A DNA stretch of 64,000 nt from an uncultured Verrucomicrobiae bacterium (GCA_963706955.1 CAVPOC010000005.1:120477-184476), one strand, 5' to 3'. Positions 19,039 to 30,699 are shown, counted from the stretch's first letter. The notes: generated by a model not told the origin, from the letters alone. Numbers and translations are program-made.

Positions 19039-20028
19039 ATGAGAACGAAAATGAGACTGATCGTCGCACCGGTCGCGCTGATCTTTGGAATCGAAGCGAT
19101 GGTGCTCACAAGCGAGGCGCAAACGAGCAGCCGGGCGCGAGACCGTGATAGTGATAAACGCCGATGCGGACGAGTGTTCGCAATTAACCCAAAAAACGAG
19201 TTGTTGCGGCTCGATGCTAAGGCGCAAACGCGGGGCAGGGGCGATGACGATGATGATCATGAGAGAGTAAGGATCAAGTCGCGCCTGCCCATTTACGGCC
19301 TCACTCTAGGCGAGATCCTGGTTGGCATCGACTTCCGTCCAGCCACCGGTCAGCTTTACGGCCTGGGCACCCCCGGCGGCGGGCCCGGCTCGGCGCAACT
19401 TTACATCATCGACACTGAGACGGCGATCGCGACGCGTGTCGGTGGGCCCAACGCGGTGCTGGGCGGCACTTCATTTGGCTTCGACTTCAATCCAGTTCCC
19501 GACCGCATCCGGGTCGTCTCTAACGCCGGCGAGAACCTTCGGCTGAACCCGGATAACGGTGCGATTGCGGGTATGGACGTGAATCTCGCATACGCGCTCG
19601 GTGACCCGAATGTGAACGGCCTACCCAGTGTCGTCGGCGTCGCCTATACGAACCCCGACAACGACCTGCAAACGAACACCGTGCTTTACGACATCGACTC
19701 AGGGCGCGATACCGATCCCGCCCCTGGCGGCGGCGACGTCCTAGCCATCCAGGTCCCCCCTAACGGTGGACAGTTGAACACCGTCGGTCGGCTAGGCATC
19801 AATACGGACGACATCGTCGGTTTTGACATCAGCCACCGGAACGTGGCGTTGGCGGCGCTGCAGGAGGGCCAGAGCTCCTCGAGGCTTGTCAGCATCGACC
19901 TGATATCAGGCCGGGCAACGGACCGAGGCCGAGTTGGCGAATTACTCACCGGCCTCGCCATCGAACTCGGCCCGCAGTGTGATGCTAGCAACAGCGACCG
20001 TGGGGATAATGATGACAGCGACCGATAG
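19039..20028 (+). CDS. Secreted DUF4394-like protein
   Basis: Signal peptide; GIDFRPATGQLYGL, FDFNPVPDRIRVVS, NLRLNP, AYTN and PPNGGQLNTVGRLG. Confidence 0.8.
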   Translation: MRTKMRLIVAPVALIFGIEAMVLTSEAQTSSRARDRDSDKRRCGRVFAINPKNELLRLDAKAQTRGRGDDDDDHERVRIKSRLPIYGLTLGEILVGIDFRPATGQLYGLGTPGGGPGSAQLYIIDTETAIATRVGGPNAVLGGTSFGFDFNPVPDRIRVVSNAGENLRLNPDNGAIAGMDVNLAYALGDPNVNGLPSVVGVAYTNPDNDLQTNTVLYDIDSGRDTDPAPGGGDVLAIQVPPNGGQLNTVGRLGINTDDIVGFDISHRNVALAALQEGQSSSRLVSIDLISGRATDRGRVGELLTGLAIELGPQCDASNSDRGDNDDSDR

Positions 20029-20168
20029 GTCCGCCGGGGTGGTTAGGGGCACCATGTGGAGGTGAGCCCCTCGACTAGGGTTCATTGAATCGCATGCCAT
20101 CTAACAACGGCGCAAGTACCCGCCCGCGAATCAGCGTATCTCTTATCGAAGACTCTTCTATGTATACC

Positions 20169-20540
20169 TTACGCGACATCGGCCGAAAGGCAGAAACGGC
20201 GGACCTCGCTATTGAACACATCGGGTTGCTCCATGTTGCTCACGTGCCCAGCGTTCGAGATGATGGCAAGCTGCGCATTGGGGATCGACGCATGGAGCTG
20301 CCGCGCGATGTGCAAGGGACTGCGACGGTCATCATCGCCCTTCAGCACCAGTGTAGCCACGTCGATGTTCGGTAGCAGATCTGTCGTATCGACCTCGGCG
20401 GACGACAACGACATGGCTGAATCGCTCGGCATGCGAACGATAAAACTCCTGCGCCAGCCGCCCCAAGACAAGCCGAGGATGTGCGCCCGCTCAATCCCGA
20501 TAACGTCCAGAAACCCTGCTAGAGATTGAGAATAGCTCGC
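20169..20540 (-). pseudogene. Alpha/beta hydrolase remnant (internally deleted)
   Basis: AHILGLSWGG joined to TLVLKGDDDRRSP...NAGHVSNMEQP; no N-terminus. Confidence 0.6.
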
Positions 20541-20582
20541 GGTGGTGAACGGGTTAGGCGGGTCTGAGGATAAACCCGCGAC

Positions 20583-20843
20583 ATGTTCGCGATCTACGAT
20601 GCAAATGGCGACGGGTACATCACCGAGGCGGAGTTTGTCGCCGACGGCGGCACGCCGAGCATGTTCCGTGAGTTGAATGTCAGCGGCACCGACAAGCTCA
20701 CGAAGGACGAGGCGATGAAGAGCGCGTTCATTCGCAATCGGGTCGCGGCGCCATTCGACGAGGCCGACGTGAATCATAACGGCTACGTGACCTGGGAGGA
20801 ATTCCAAGTCGCGCTCGCCAAGCGGCGCGCCTACGTGCGTTAG
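20583..20843 (+). CDS. EF-hand protein, probably N-terminally truncated
   Basis: DANGDGYITEAE and DVNHNGYVTWEE loops. Confidence 0.6.
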   Translation: MFAIYDANGDGYITEAEFVADGGTPSMFRELNVSGTDKLTKDEAMKSAFIRNRVAAPFDEADVNHNGYVTWEEFQVALAKRRAYVR

Positions 20844-20869
20844 AGCCTGAGTTCGCGGAAACCTCGCAC

Positions 20870-21230
20870 GGCGGCGACTTCAACTTCGACTTCAACGTCT
20901 CGATCACCGAAGAACAACAACACGAGGGAAGCATCGAATACAACTACGAGCGCGGCAGTCCCGCGCTGGACGCGACAGAGATCCCGCTGCCCGACGCGCA
21001 AAACGCGGCCATGACTGGAACCGACCCGCCACCTACTCGCGCGAGAGGCCGGGCATGAGCGCGTTCGCGCTCGAGGACGGCGTTGTCTACCACACCTATT
21101 CCACCTACGCGCGCGGACTGGACAGCCTCTGGGGCATGTACCAGTGGCTCAACCGTGCCCCGAAGGGACGCAACGGACGCAACGAGCCGGGCCTCAGCGT
21201 TTGGTGGCTCCGCCACGACGGACGACAGCG
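20870..21230 (+). pseudogene. DUF899 (thioredoxin-like) C-terminal remnant
   Basis: DFNFDFNVS...IEYNY, then GMSAFALEDGVVYHTYSTYARGLD.LWGMYQWL.RAPKGRN. Confidence 0.7.
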
Positions 21231-21444
21231 CTCGTGGCAAAGAACGCTAAGTTCTCGCCAAAGGGAGACATCTCTACGAGGTAGGAGCGTCAGGATCGGG
21301 GCGCGCGCGCGTCTCGCGCGTCCTCGCCGCCGAAACGCCGCGGCAGCGATGAGGGCATCGCCGCTACAAAAACCCTTCTGCTCCATCAACCACCTGTCCG
21401 CCGTAGCTCGCGGAGCGTAGGAGGATCAACCAACACCCGAGCTG

Positions 21445-21633
21445 TTACCTCGATGACGGCCCTTCATAGCCAATGTGGCCAATGCGACCCTGATCGCGCA
21501 CTACTTGTTGCTGGCGTTGCAGCTGTGCTTGCCATATCCGTTCGCTGCCCGCGGATTGAGGTGCGCTGCTGCTCGCGCATCCGAGAACTAGTAAAGATAT
21601 CGCAAGCGTGGACCCAGTAAACCGAAGCCTCAT
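21445..21633 (-). CDS. Small putative lipoprotein (62 aa)
   Basis: LLVLGC lipobox after a hydrophobic stretch; degenerate paralog near 30290-30470. Confidence 0.5.
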   Translation of the reverse strand: MRLRFTGSTLAISLLVLGCASSSAPQSAGSERIWQAQLQRQQQVVRDQGRIGHIGYEGPSSR

Positions 21634-21844
21634 TCGAGACCATACTGCACTAACCATAACGCCGAAACCAAAAACCAATCGCCTTTGGGAGTCCGGTTTT
21701 GCACCCAGTGAAGATTGTGCCCGGCGAGGGCGCCGGGCACCACACCCGAGACGGGCGTGCTCCCCGAACCAAGGCAAGAGCAGGTCAGAAGCGTCGACCA
21801 GAAGCACGTTGCGAGCCGTTCAGAGAGTGCTTTAATGAAGGAGC

Positions 21845-23449
21845 ATGCCCCCCCTTGATGTGACCGGTTCAAACGGACCGGAGACCGATCGTGAGGTCAT
21901 CCTGGAGATGAGCCGGATTACCAAGAAGTTTGGCTCGACTCAGGTCTTGACCGAAGTGGACTTCGCTCTGCGAAGGGGCGAGATCCATGCTTTGATGGGC
22001 GAGAACGGCGCAGGTAAGTCGACCTTGATGAAGATCGCGGCCGGGCTAATCGACGATTTTGAGGGCGAGATTGCGGTCGATGGCAGCCCCGTGCACCTGA
22101 ACTCTCCGCGGGCGGCGACGCGGGCGGGCATCGCGATGATTCAACAGGAACTGAGCTTGGTGCCGGAGCTAGCCGTGGACGAGAACATCTTTCTCGGCCA
22201 GGAGAAACGAGGTGGCCTATTTTTTTTGGTAGATCGGCACCGCCAGATCGAAGCGACGCGGGCGGTTCTCGCGCCGTTGGATTTCCAGGCGCGTATCGAT
22301 CAGCCGGTGACCCGGCTGCGCGTCGGTGAACAGCAATTGGTCGAGATCGGCAAAGCGCTCGTATCGAAAGCCCGGATCTTGATAATGGACGAACCGACCT
22401 CGGCATTATCGATTCACGAGACGGAGCGTTTATTTGCGGTAATCCGACGGCTCTCCGGCGAGGGTGTTGCCATCGCTTACATTTCTCACCGCATGGAAGA
22501 GGTCTTCGCCCTGGCCCATCGGGTTACTGTTCTCCGCGATGGACGCTTGATCGGCACGTTGGCCGCCCGGGAAGCTAACCGACGGGAAGTGATCCGCATG
22601 ATGGTGGGCCGCGAACTGCAGGAGGTTCTCGCCTCCGGCAAAGCCGACGCGTCTACTCGGCAACCGGTTCTCCAAGTTCGCAACCTCCGGCTGGAGCACC
22701 CAGCCCCGACCCCGAGCCGGCCGATGCTAGTCGATCGGGTTTCGTTCTCCGTCGCAGCTGGCGAAGTGCTCGGATTAGCCGGATTGCTCGGGGCCGGGCG
22801 AACGGAAACCTTGGAAGTGCTTTTCGGCCTCCATCCGGAATTCGCCGACGGCGAAATCTTCGTCAATGGCCGGCGAGTGTCGGTGCGAAATCCGATCGAA
22901 GCCAAGCAGCACGGGATTGCATTAGTGACCGAGGACCGCAAGCGTGACGGTCTGATCCTTGGCGCCGGCATCGATCGAAATGCCGAGCTGACGGTGATGC
23001 GTTCGGTGTCGCGTTTCGGAATCGTCTCCCGACGCGACGAGCGCGAGGTTGCCCTGCGGACCATCCAGCAACTCGGCATTCACGCTAGAGGCCCAGAGCA
23101 GGTCGCCGGCACGCTCAGCGGTGGTAACCAACAGAAGCTGGTTATCGGAAAATGGCTTCAGGCTGCTCCAAGAATTCTGCTTCTTGACGAGCCAACCCGC
23201 GGGATCGATGTGGGCGCTAAGGCAGACGTTTATCGCCTGATCCAACAACTCGCCGAGGAGGGCCTGGCGATCGTGCTCGTATCGTCGGAATTGCCCGAGC
23301 TAATCCTGTTGAGCGACCATATCCTTGTCTTGCGAGAAGGTCTCCCAACGGCACGGTTGAATCGATCGGATTTTCTCCATGAGACCATTCTGGAATACGC
23401 TTCGCCCGGCGGGCCGGTCCAACCCGAATTTGCGGAGGTAGCCGCATGA
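21845..23449 (+). CDS. Sugar ABC transporter ATP-binding protein (RbsA/MglA type)
   Basis: GENGAGKST, MDEPTSAL, LSGGNQQK and DEPTRGIDVGAK. Confidence 0.95.
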   Translation: MPPLDVTGSNGPETDREVILEMSRITKKFGSTQVLTEVDFALRRGEIHALMGENGAGKSTLMKIAAGLIDDFEGEIAVDGSPVHLNSPRAATRAGIAMIQQELSLVPELAVDENIFLGQEKRGGLFFLVDRHRQIEATRAVLAPLDFQARIDQPVTRLRVGEQQLVEIGKALVSKARILIMDEPTSALSIHETERLFAVIRRLSGEGVAIAYISHRMEEVFALAHRVTVLRDGRLIGTLAAREANRREVIRMMVGRELQEVLASGKADASTRQPVLQVRNLRLEHPAPTPSRPMLVDRVSFSVAAGEVLGLAGLLGAGRTETLEVLFGLHPEFADGEIFVNGRRVSVRNPIEAKQHGIALVTEDRKRDGLILGAGIDRNAELTVMRSVSRFGIVSRRDEREVALRTIQQLGIHARGPEQVAGTLSGGNQQKLVIGKWLQAAPRILLLDEPTRGIDVGAKADVYRLIQQLAEEGLAIVLVSSELPELILLSDHILVLREGLPTARLNRSDFLHETILEYASPGGPVQPEFAEVAA

Positions 23450-24731
23450 ACACGATGGTCGGGCGCATCTTCAAGTTTATTTTGACGACCAAGCTTTTCT
23501 GGGGTCTGGCTGTCCTTTACGCGACCGGGGTGATCCTGTCGCCGGTAAACAATAAAGGAATTAACATCTTCCTGAGTCCGGGTAACCAAGCCGATGTGCT
23601 GCGACAGGTTTCCAACAACGGCATCATCGCTGTCGGGATGACACTGGTGATTCTCACCGGTGGAATCGATCTTTCGGTCGGCTCAATGATGGCGCTTGGG
23701 TTCAGTTATTTGCGCCATGCTTCTGACTCAGCAGGGATGGACGAACGCATCGTTGTTTTCCATTCCGATCCTGGCCGTGATGTGCGTCCTGCTGTGTCTA
23801 TACTTGATCCCTATGGTTGCGATGAATATGCCCGGCGCGGCGCATCGCAGCAGCGAAAAACCGCCCACCAAGATCGTCGCTGCGGGGGCTGTGGTGGGTA
23901 TTATTCTGGCCGCTCTCGCGGTTGCCTGGACGATCGGACAGCTCGAGCCGAAATTTGGTGTTCTCGGCGTGCTCATTACCGTGCCGGCTGTGGGGTTTGC
24001 GCTAGGTGCCTTGAACGGCGTCATCATCGCCAAGGGCCGCCTCCAACCGTTCATCGTCACCCTCGCGATGATGGTTGCGATTTTGGGACTGGCGCGATTG
24101 CTGGCCGGCCAGGATGCGGCGGTTTATCCCGTCTATACGGGTTCGAATGCGACCGAAGACTTTGACGTGTTGCGGGCGCTGGTCTTTAACGTTGTGCCTG
24201 TCCCTGGGATTTTCTTTCTGCTGGCCGTTTTCCTCTTCGGCTTTGTTTTAAAGGTAAGTACTTTCGGCCGGTACGTCTATGCCATTGGAGGCAACGAACA
24301 AGCAGCGCGACTCGCCGGTATCCAGGTCGATCATGTCAAGATCGCCGTCTACGCGATCTCCGGGAATGCTGGCAGCTTTGGCCGGTGTTCTCTACACCGC
24401 ACAGTACCGCCAGGGAAAGCCAGACGCCGGCGTCGGAGCAGAGCTGGATGCCATCGCAGCCGTGGTGATTGGCGGGACTAACCTCATGGGCGGCAGAGGA
24501 TCCATGACTGGCACGCTCGTCGGCGTGCTGATCTTCGGCTTTCTGGGCAACATTCTGCTGCTTAAAAATATTGACAGCAACACGCAGCTGGTCCTCAAAG
24601 GGCTGATCATCCTTGGAGCCGTGCTGCTTCAGGAAGGGCAGATGGCTGGTTGGCTGAGACGAATTCGACCACGCGTCGACAAGACGCCCGAGAAAAAGCC
24701 CGCTGTGGAAGCAGTCGGGACTCAACGATGA
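23446..24731 (+). CDS. Sugar ABC transporter permease; two +1 frameshifts (~23700, ~24362)
   Basis: GGIDLSVGS, FGRYVYAIGGNEQAARLAGI and ELDAIAAVVIGG are spread over three consecutive frames. Confidence 0.85.
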
Positions 24732-24926
24732 AAACGGATATGCAAGACAGATTCTCCCAAGGCCGGAGACGGCTATCACGGCTCCGGCGACTTCAGGCAG
24801 CGGAACGCCTCCGCTCCGCGACAGGCTCGCAAAACTCAACCCCAGCATTTACGACTCTAGAATTATCCTGTCACATGGCAGCGATGAGATAAACAAGAAC
24901 AAAACCCCATAACAACAAAACCCCCT

Positions 24927-25892
24927 ATGCAAAGAAGAACATTCCTAAAGATAAGCGCAGCCGTGGCTGCGATGAGTGCGGTCTTTAAACCGTCGGATGG
25001 GCTAGCCGAGGATAAGAAATATAAATTCGGTTTCTCGCAGGTCACAATCGTTGAACCCTGGCGCGTTCAATTCAACAAGGACATGAAGAAGGAGGCGGAA
25101 AAGCACTCGAACCTGGAACTGATCATTACCGATGGACAGGACAAGACCGAGAAACAGGTCGCCGATATCGAGAACCTGATCCGTCAGGGCGTCGATGTCT
25201 TGATAATCAGCCCGAAAGAATCGGCCGGACTCACCGGAGTCACCCTCAAAGCAATTGAGGCCGGAATTCCGACGATCATTCTGGATCGTAATGTTGACAC
25301 GGACAAGTACACGCAGTTCATCGGCGGCGATAATGTAGCGATAGGCCGCGCCGCCGGCGAGTATACCGTCAAGTTGCTCGGCGGTCCGGGCAATGCCAAA
25401 GGTAACGTCATTGAGCTCTGGGGCGGGATGGGCACGCAGCCAGCCCACGATCGCAGCAAGGGGTTCCACGAATTTATCGACAAGGAACCCGGCATCAAAT
25501 CGCTGCTCCAGCCGATCGATACCGATTGGAAGCAGTCGAAAGGATATGACGTGATGTCCACGGCGCTGAAATCGTTCGACAAGATCGATGTCGTCTACGG
25601 GCACAATGATCCGGTCGCCTATGGAGCCTACCTCGCGGCGAAGGATGCCGGACGGGAAAAGGAAATTAAGTTCCTCGGCATCGATGCTCTGCCTGGGGAA
25701 GGTGTCACCTGGGTCAACAAGGGACAGCTGACGGCAACCTTCCTCTATCCGACACCTGGAGCGGAAGGTGTCCGCCAAGGGTTGAAGATCGTCAACGGCG
25801 ACAAGGTCGAGAAGAAGATTATCCTGCCGACAATGACGATCGACAAATCGAACGCGGCGCAGATTCTCAAGGAGCAGGGTTTGCCAGAATAA
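24927..25892 (+). CDS. Sugar ABC transporter substrate-binding protein with Tat signal
   Basis: MQRRTFLK twin-arginine signal; RbsB-like motifs (GVDVLIISP, LDR, HND). Confidence 0.92.
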   Translation: MQRRTFLKISAAVAAMSAVFKPSDGLAEDKKYKFGFSQVTIVEPWRVQFNKDMKKEAEKHSNLELIITDGQDKTEKQVADIENLIRQGVDVLIISPKESAGLTGVTLKAIEAGIPTIILDRNVDTDKYTQFIGGDNVAIGRAAGEYTVKLLGGPGNAKGNVIELWGGMGTQPAHDRSKGFHEFIDKEPGIKSLLQPIDTDWKQSKGYDVMSTALKSFDKIDVVYGHNDPVAYGAYLAAKDAGREKEIKFLGIDALPGEGVTWVNKGQLTATFLYPTPGAEGVRQGLKIVNGDKVEKKIILPTMTIDKSNAAQILKEQGLPE

Positions 25893-26159
25893 TCTTAGCT
25901 TAAATCGACGCGCGGTCGGGTGTGTCCACATGCAGGAGTTCCAGCTAGCTCCGGCAGGGGGCGGTCACGTGGCCAAGCTTAGCGGCTCGGGGACCGCGTT
26001 GCGGTTCCTGGGCCGTTGGCAGGCTTGTTGCGAAGGCGATGCTCTCCTTCGTTCAAGCGAGCGGGCCACGCCGGTTTCTTCCCGTGGTTGCAGATGTGGA
26101 GCTCGTCACAAATATGCGCTGGCCAAATCGAGCTCGTAGGACCGATATCTACTTAAAAT

Positions 26160-27235
26160 ATGAGCAAAGACCGCGGGCTTAGCGTTGGAGTTATCGGCAC
26201 GGGAATCATGGGAGCCGATCACGTAGAAACGATTACGAGGGCAGTTTCCGGGGCCGAGATTTGCGCTGTCGCTGATATCGATCCCAAACGTGCAGAGAAC
26301 GCCGCCGCACACGTCCCTGGCGCGAAGGCTTTCGCATCGGCCGAGCTCCTCATCGAGTCGCCCGAGGTCGATGCCGTCATTATCGCATCCAGCGATGCGA
26401 CACATGCTCAGTACGTGACCGCGTGTATTTCCGTCCGAAAGCCGGTGCTGTGTGAAAAGCCGCTGGCACCGACCTTGGCGGAATGCGAGGGGATCCTTCG
26501 CCTGGAGCAGTCGGCCGGTGTGCGGCTGATCCAGGTAGGATTTATGCGTCGATTTGATCCCGGTTATGTGGAATTGCATAGAAGGATCGCCGCCGGGGAA
26601 GTGGGCACTCCCGTGCTCGCCCATTGCGTGCATCGCAACGTCGATGTGCCCGCAGGTTGGACTTCCGAGACAACTGTGGTCAGCGCTGCTTCACACGAGA
26701 TCGACGTGATGCCCTGGGTTTTCGGGCGGGACATCATCGAAGTCACCTGGCTTTCTCCAAGGCAAACTCCCCCTGCATCTCTGCGAGACCCTCAAGTGAT
26801 AATAATGGAACTCGAGGGCGGCGCTCTTGTCTTTGACGAGCTCTTTATGAGGTCCGGATACGGCTACGAAATCCGATGCGAAGTTGTCGGCACAGCAGGC
26901 ACAATAGAGTTGGCACCGACGTCGCGAGTTGAGTACGCGCTCGCGTTTGAAAGTCAGCCGGGACTTTCCCCCTGATTGGCGTGGACGCTTTGCGGACGCG
27001 TATCGACGGGAGTTGCAAACCTGGGTTGATGCAGTCACTCGTTGGCGTTCAGGGGAAGTCGAGAATAAGGTGGGTCCGGTCGATGGTCCCGACGCCTGGG
27101 ATGGGTACCGTGCGGCGCTCGTCGCGCAAACTGTCCTGCTCTCAATGGCGCAGGGCACCCCGGTCCCCGTGCGAGCCGATGGCAGTGCCCGAATTATACA
27201 AACCTTACCACAGGTCGCTTACGAACTCTGCATGA
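26160..27235 (+). CDS. Gfo/Idh/MocA oxidoreductase (inositol 2-dehydrogenase-like), frameshifted near 26930 and probably near 27176
   Basis: GVIGTGIMG, LCEKPLA, QVGFMRRFDPGY and GYGYEIRCEVVG; C-terminus RFADAYRRELQTW...GPDAWDGY lies in the next frame. Confidence 0.85.
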
Positions 27236-27418
27236 AAGGGCCTGCCATGCAGTGCCAGAATGCGAACTGTAATCTGCCTGCGCCCACCTCCAAAAAATTT
27301 GTAGAGGCGCTACAACTCTGCCAATTTTGGACAACGTGATTTGTTACACTGCCTACCGAAAGTGAGTCCTCACCGTTATCCGGCGGAGCTAAAGGGCCGA
27401 AGTTTTGGCCCGAACAGA

Positions 27419-28801
27419 CTATAGCGATTTCAAATACTCGATCAGTGCTACCCTGTCTGGTTCGCTAAGACTTAGCTGTAAAGGCTCCGTGTAGTGGTCG
27501 ACGACCTCGCCAAGCGTCTTGAAGCGACCATCGTGATAGAAACCTCCTTTCGCTCGAACAAAAAGTCCGTTCAACGGGGTCGTTCGATACCGGCGATCCG
27601 GCGAGCGATTGGCTTGAAAATCGTCTATGCCGATCTCGGCGCCGGTATGCATTGGCCATCCCGGCTCAGTGAACAGCGGGGGAACGTGGCACGTCGCACA
27701 TTTCCCAGCACCCCCAAAGACCTTCTTGCCCACCTCCGCAAGCTTATGATCGTAGGAATTAGCCGGAGGCTTGGGAGCGGGAATAGATAGCTGATAAAAC
27801 TGCAGCGCCGCCATCTTGGATGTGATCAGATCGGGCTGCCCACGGACATTGTCGAAGCCTTGGCTGACCGCCAATGGAAATTGACCGGACCGTAGCCGGC
27901 GATCAACGAATGTCCCCTGCCCATGCATCTGAAGATTGGCCACATAGGCGTTCCAGTACGGCACGCCGCCCCAACCGGTGTAGGTATGCAGATTTTGTCC
28001 GGCTAACCCGTAGGCGGCCGGAATGACCGTCGCCGCGGAGCGTCCGTCGGGCCGAAAACCCTTCCCATCGATGTTTAGCTGGGCATCATATTTTCCCGGA
28101 CCCCAGGCGGCAAAGATTCTCCGCACGGTCGCCTCGTCCTTGCGCAGAGCGCTGGCGAACGGCTGGAGATTCGGACCTAAATTAATAATGGCGCCGATAT
28201 CGAGATCACGGTTTGGCCAGCCGTCCAGCCGGCGTCCGATGCCGCGGGCAAACGAGTTGTCCACGGTCGAATGACACAGTGCGCACTGAATGCCAACGGA
28301 GCGTAGCTTACCTTGCTCAAAGAATCCCGTGACACCCACAACCGAGTTCGCCCGCAGCAGCTCGACGGTGGTCTTCGGATCCTCGAGGCTGACCGAGCCG
28401 CCGCGGAGCGCCTCGAAAAGAATTCTCGGCAACATTCCCGAATCAACCTTGAGACCGAGCTCAAGCGCACGTGTCGGTGTTAATCCAGGCCCGACGCCGC
28501 CGAGTTTTTCGCCGAGGATCGCCTCGTGAAGCCGCACTTGATCTCCCCAGAATCGCTCACTGCCAAAGGTATCGAAGCGAAAAATGTTTTGCCCGCTGCC
28601 CAACAGGAGGTGCGAGTTCAAGCGGATCTTGCCTTGGAATGATGGGCGCGGGATCTGCTGGGTCGTCACCGCTGGATTTGTCTCCACGCTGCGGGGAAAC
28701 TCCAGACATGCCGCTACCGCAAAAATTAAAATAGCAAACAGCGACGCAGCTTTGACGCGGCTCTTGAGCAGCATACTCTGAGGAATCTCGGACCCACACA
28801 T
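27419..28801 (-). CDS. Di-heme c-type cytochrome (CcP/MauG/RoxA-superfamily-like), exported
   Basis: Two CxxCH motifs (CALCH, CATCH), YRTTPLNGL, FYHDGRF and a hydrophobic N-terminal segment. Confidence 0.8.
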   Translation of the reverse strand: MCGSEIPQSMLLKSRVKAASLFAILIFAVAACLEFPRSVETNPAVTTQQIPRPSFQGKIRLNSHLLLGSGQNIFRFDTFGSERFWGDQVRLHEAILGEKLGGVGPGLTPTRALELGLKVDSGMLPRILFEALRGGSVSLEDPKTTVELLRANSVVGVTGFFEQGKLRSVGIQCALCHSTVDNSFARGIGRRLDGWPNRDLDIGAIINLGPNLQPFASALRKDEATVRRIFAAWGPGKYDAQLNIDGKGFRPDGRSAATVIPAAYGLAGQNLHTYTGWGGVPYWNAYVANLQMHGQGTFVDRRLRSGQFPLAVSQGFDNVRGQPDLITSKMAALQFYQLSIPAPKPPANSYDHKLAEVGKKVFGGAGKCATCHVPPLFTEPGWPMHTGAEIGIDDFQANRSPDRRYRTTPLNGLFVRAKGGFYHDGRFKTLGEVVDHYTEPLQLSLSEPDRVALIEYLKSL

Positions 28802-29156
28802 GATCTCCGCTCATCCAAAACGACGGCTACCAAATCGGTCGAGCAATGGAAATTACGCCGGCCGCTCAGCGACCTTCATTTAGTGGAGGACTGTTTGAAC
28901 TAGACTCAACTGAGACAAAAAGTCAATAACTTTCTTCGTTTTTGGGTTGAACCGCTATCATTGCCGTCGTTTTACGAAGGGAGTCTGCAAGGCTCAGAGC
29001 ACTCCTCTGTTCGGATTCCCGAGATTAAGAGGGGTGACAGGACGTCACGATCGCGTCACATCGGCGTCTGCTCGAGGGTGGTGCAGATCGTCTCCTCAGT
29101 TTGGCCGCGCACGAACTTTCCTTTTGCCGCCCATCTGTTTCACGATATTTGCGGAC

Positions 29157-29978
29157 TTACCGCTGTGTTGATTTGGGCGACTCTCGCTCCGCAGTGGCCG
29201 AGCCGAGATGTTTAAATTTGATGATCGCTTCGGTGGCAGCATCAGCGATGCGCTGCTGAGTTTCAGGTGTCTGTAATGAAGCTTCCTCACTGCGATTGAC
29301 AATCACGCCACATTCGAGGAGCACCGCCGGCATTGTCGCCGTTTTCAGAACGATCAGATCGTCAAACTCGTAAAGTCCTAGGTCTTTTCGTATAAGGTTT
29401 CGGCCCTCGCCAGGAATTTTCTCCGCATGATGCAGCGTCGGAGGGAACCCTCGCGCAATCATTGCCTCACCGAGCAGACGCGCAAATTGCAGACTTTGCG
29501 CGAACTTGGGATTCTTTCGAGAAACAAACACCGAAAAACCACTGAAGTTGTCCGAATATAGATGCGTCTTCCCGCCGACGCTCCATTCTTTCACATAGCG
29601 GCGCTGGACCGAATCATGATGGACCGAGAGAAACAAAGTCGCCTGCTTACTGGCCGCCTGTCGAGTGCGCTCTGCGAGCGAGATGGATTTGCCATTGGGG
29701 TTGATGATAAGAGCGTCGACCTCACCGGACTTCGTCAGGGATCGCAACAGCGCCTCGGCGATTGTCTTGTTGAAAGAATATTCGCCCACTCCTCTCGCGC
29801 TGTAGGCGCCGGGACGCTTGACGCTGTGCCCGATATCCAACGCAACGCGAGGCTTGAGGTCAGAGCCCGCACTCGTCGCGACCGACACCCAAAAAACCAG
29901 CCAATTAACAAGCAGCACGCACCTCATCTCAGATGCGCGTAACCCTACTGGAGGACAAGCCAGCCGCAAGATCGTCAT
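29157..29978 (-). CDS. N-acetylmuramoyl-L-alanine amidase (Amidase_3)
   Basis: VALDIGH, GEYSFN, SLAERT, FLSVHHDS and PAVLLECG. Confidence 0.88.
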   Translation of the reverse strand: MTILRLACPPVGLRASEMRCVLLVNWLVFWVSVATSAGSDLKPRVALDIGHSVKRPGAYSARGVGEYSFNKTIAEALLRSLTKSGEVDALIINPNGKSISLAERTRQAASKQATLFLSVHHDSVQRRYVKEWSVGGKTHLYSDNFSGFSVFVSRKNPKFAQSLQFARLLGEAMIARGFPPTLHHAEKIPGEGRNLIRKDLGLYEFDDLIVLKTATMPAVLLECGVIVNRSEEASLQTPETQQRIADAATEAIIKFKHLGSATAERESPKSTQR

Positions 29979-30289
29979 TAGCGAGCTATGTCCATCGTAT
30001 CCGTTTAATCATGCCAAGTTGGAGTCCGCCAAATTACGCGCCCGATGGCTCGCATCAATTCTGGCGAACCTTCCTGGCAATGCGTGACGCGATCGAAACT
30101 TAGGAATTTAATTCTCGCGCGGAGGGAGAGCCGTCTCCTGCGGAGCAGAGCTCTGGTCCGGCCGCGCCGCAATTCCGCTTGGTGAGAAGCCTACGGAAAC
30201 GACTGGGCGGTTGCCTCACGGTCGACGTAGGTCACCGCCACGTCGATCACGAGCGCTTCCTCCAATGCGGCTTTTACCTCCCGCTGTTG

Positions 30290-30470
30290 GTTTTTCATTG
30301 ACTACCTGGTCCGTCATAGCCAACCCAACCGATGCGCCCATTTTCGCGCGCACCTTCCTGCTGCCACGCCAGCTCTTCGCCCACATGCGGTCGGAGCTCG
30401 CAGATTCCCGCGCATTCGGAGCGCATCCGAGAAACAAAGAGGCCAAAGCCGCGACGAGTGCCAGGTGTTG
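30290..30470 (-). pseudogene. Frameshifted paralog of the 21445-21633 lipoprotein
   Basis: LFLGCA...SDRMW, then in another frame QQEGARENGRIGWVGYDGP, versus SERIW...QGRIGHIGYEGP. Confidence 0.5.
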
Positions 30471-30699
30471 CATAATATTAAGATACGGAGCCGACGATTC
30501 TTTGGATGCTTCTTTTTCCTCGCCTTCGCACATAAGTCACCAAGGCGCATCGTCCCGCTATGAGCTCTCTTGTTTCGCACGAATTATGGGGCATCTGGCG
30601 GTCTGGGCTTATGCCCGTGGCGCAGAGCACGGGCTGAGTCGGACGTTTCCTTTCCGTCGCTCGTCATCGTCGCCGGAGCAATGGTGCTCATGGGTTCAG

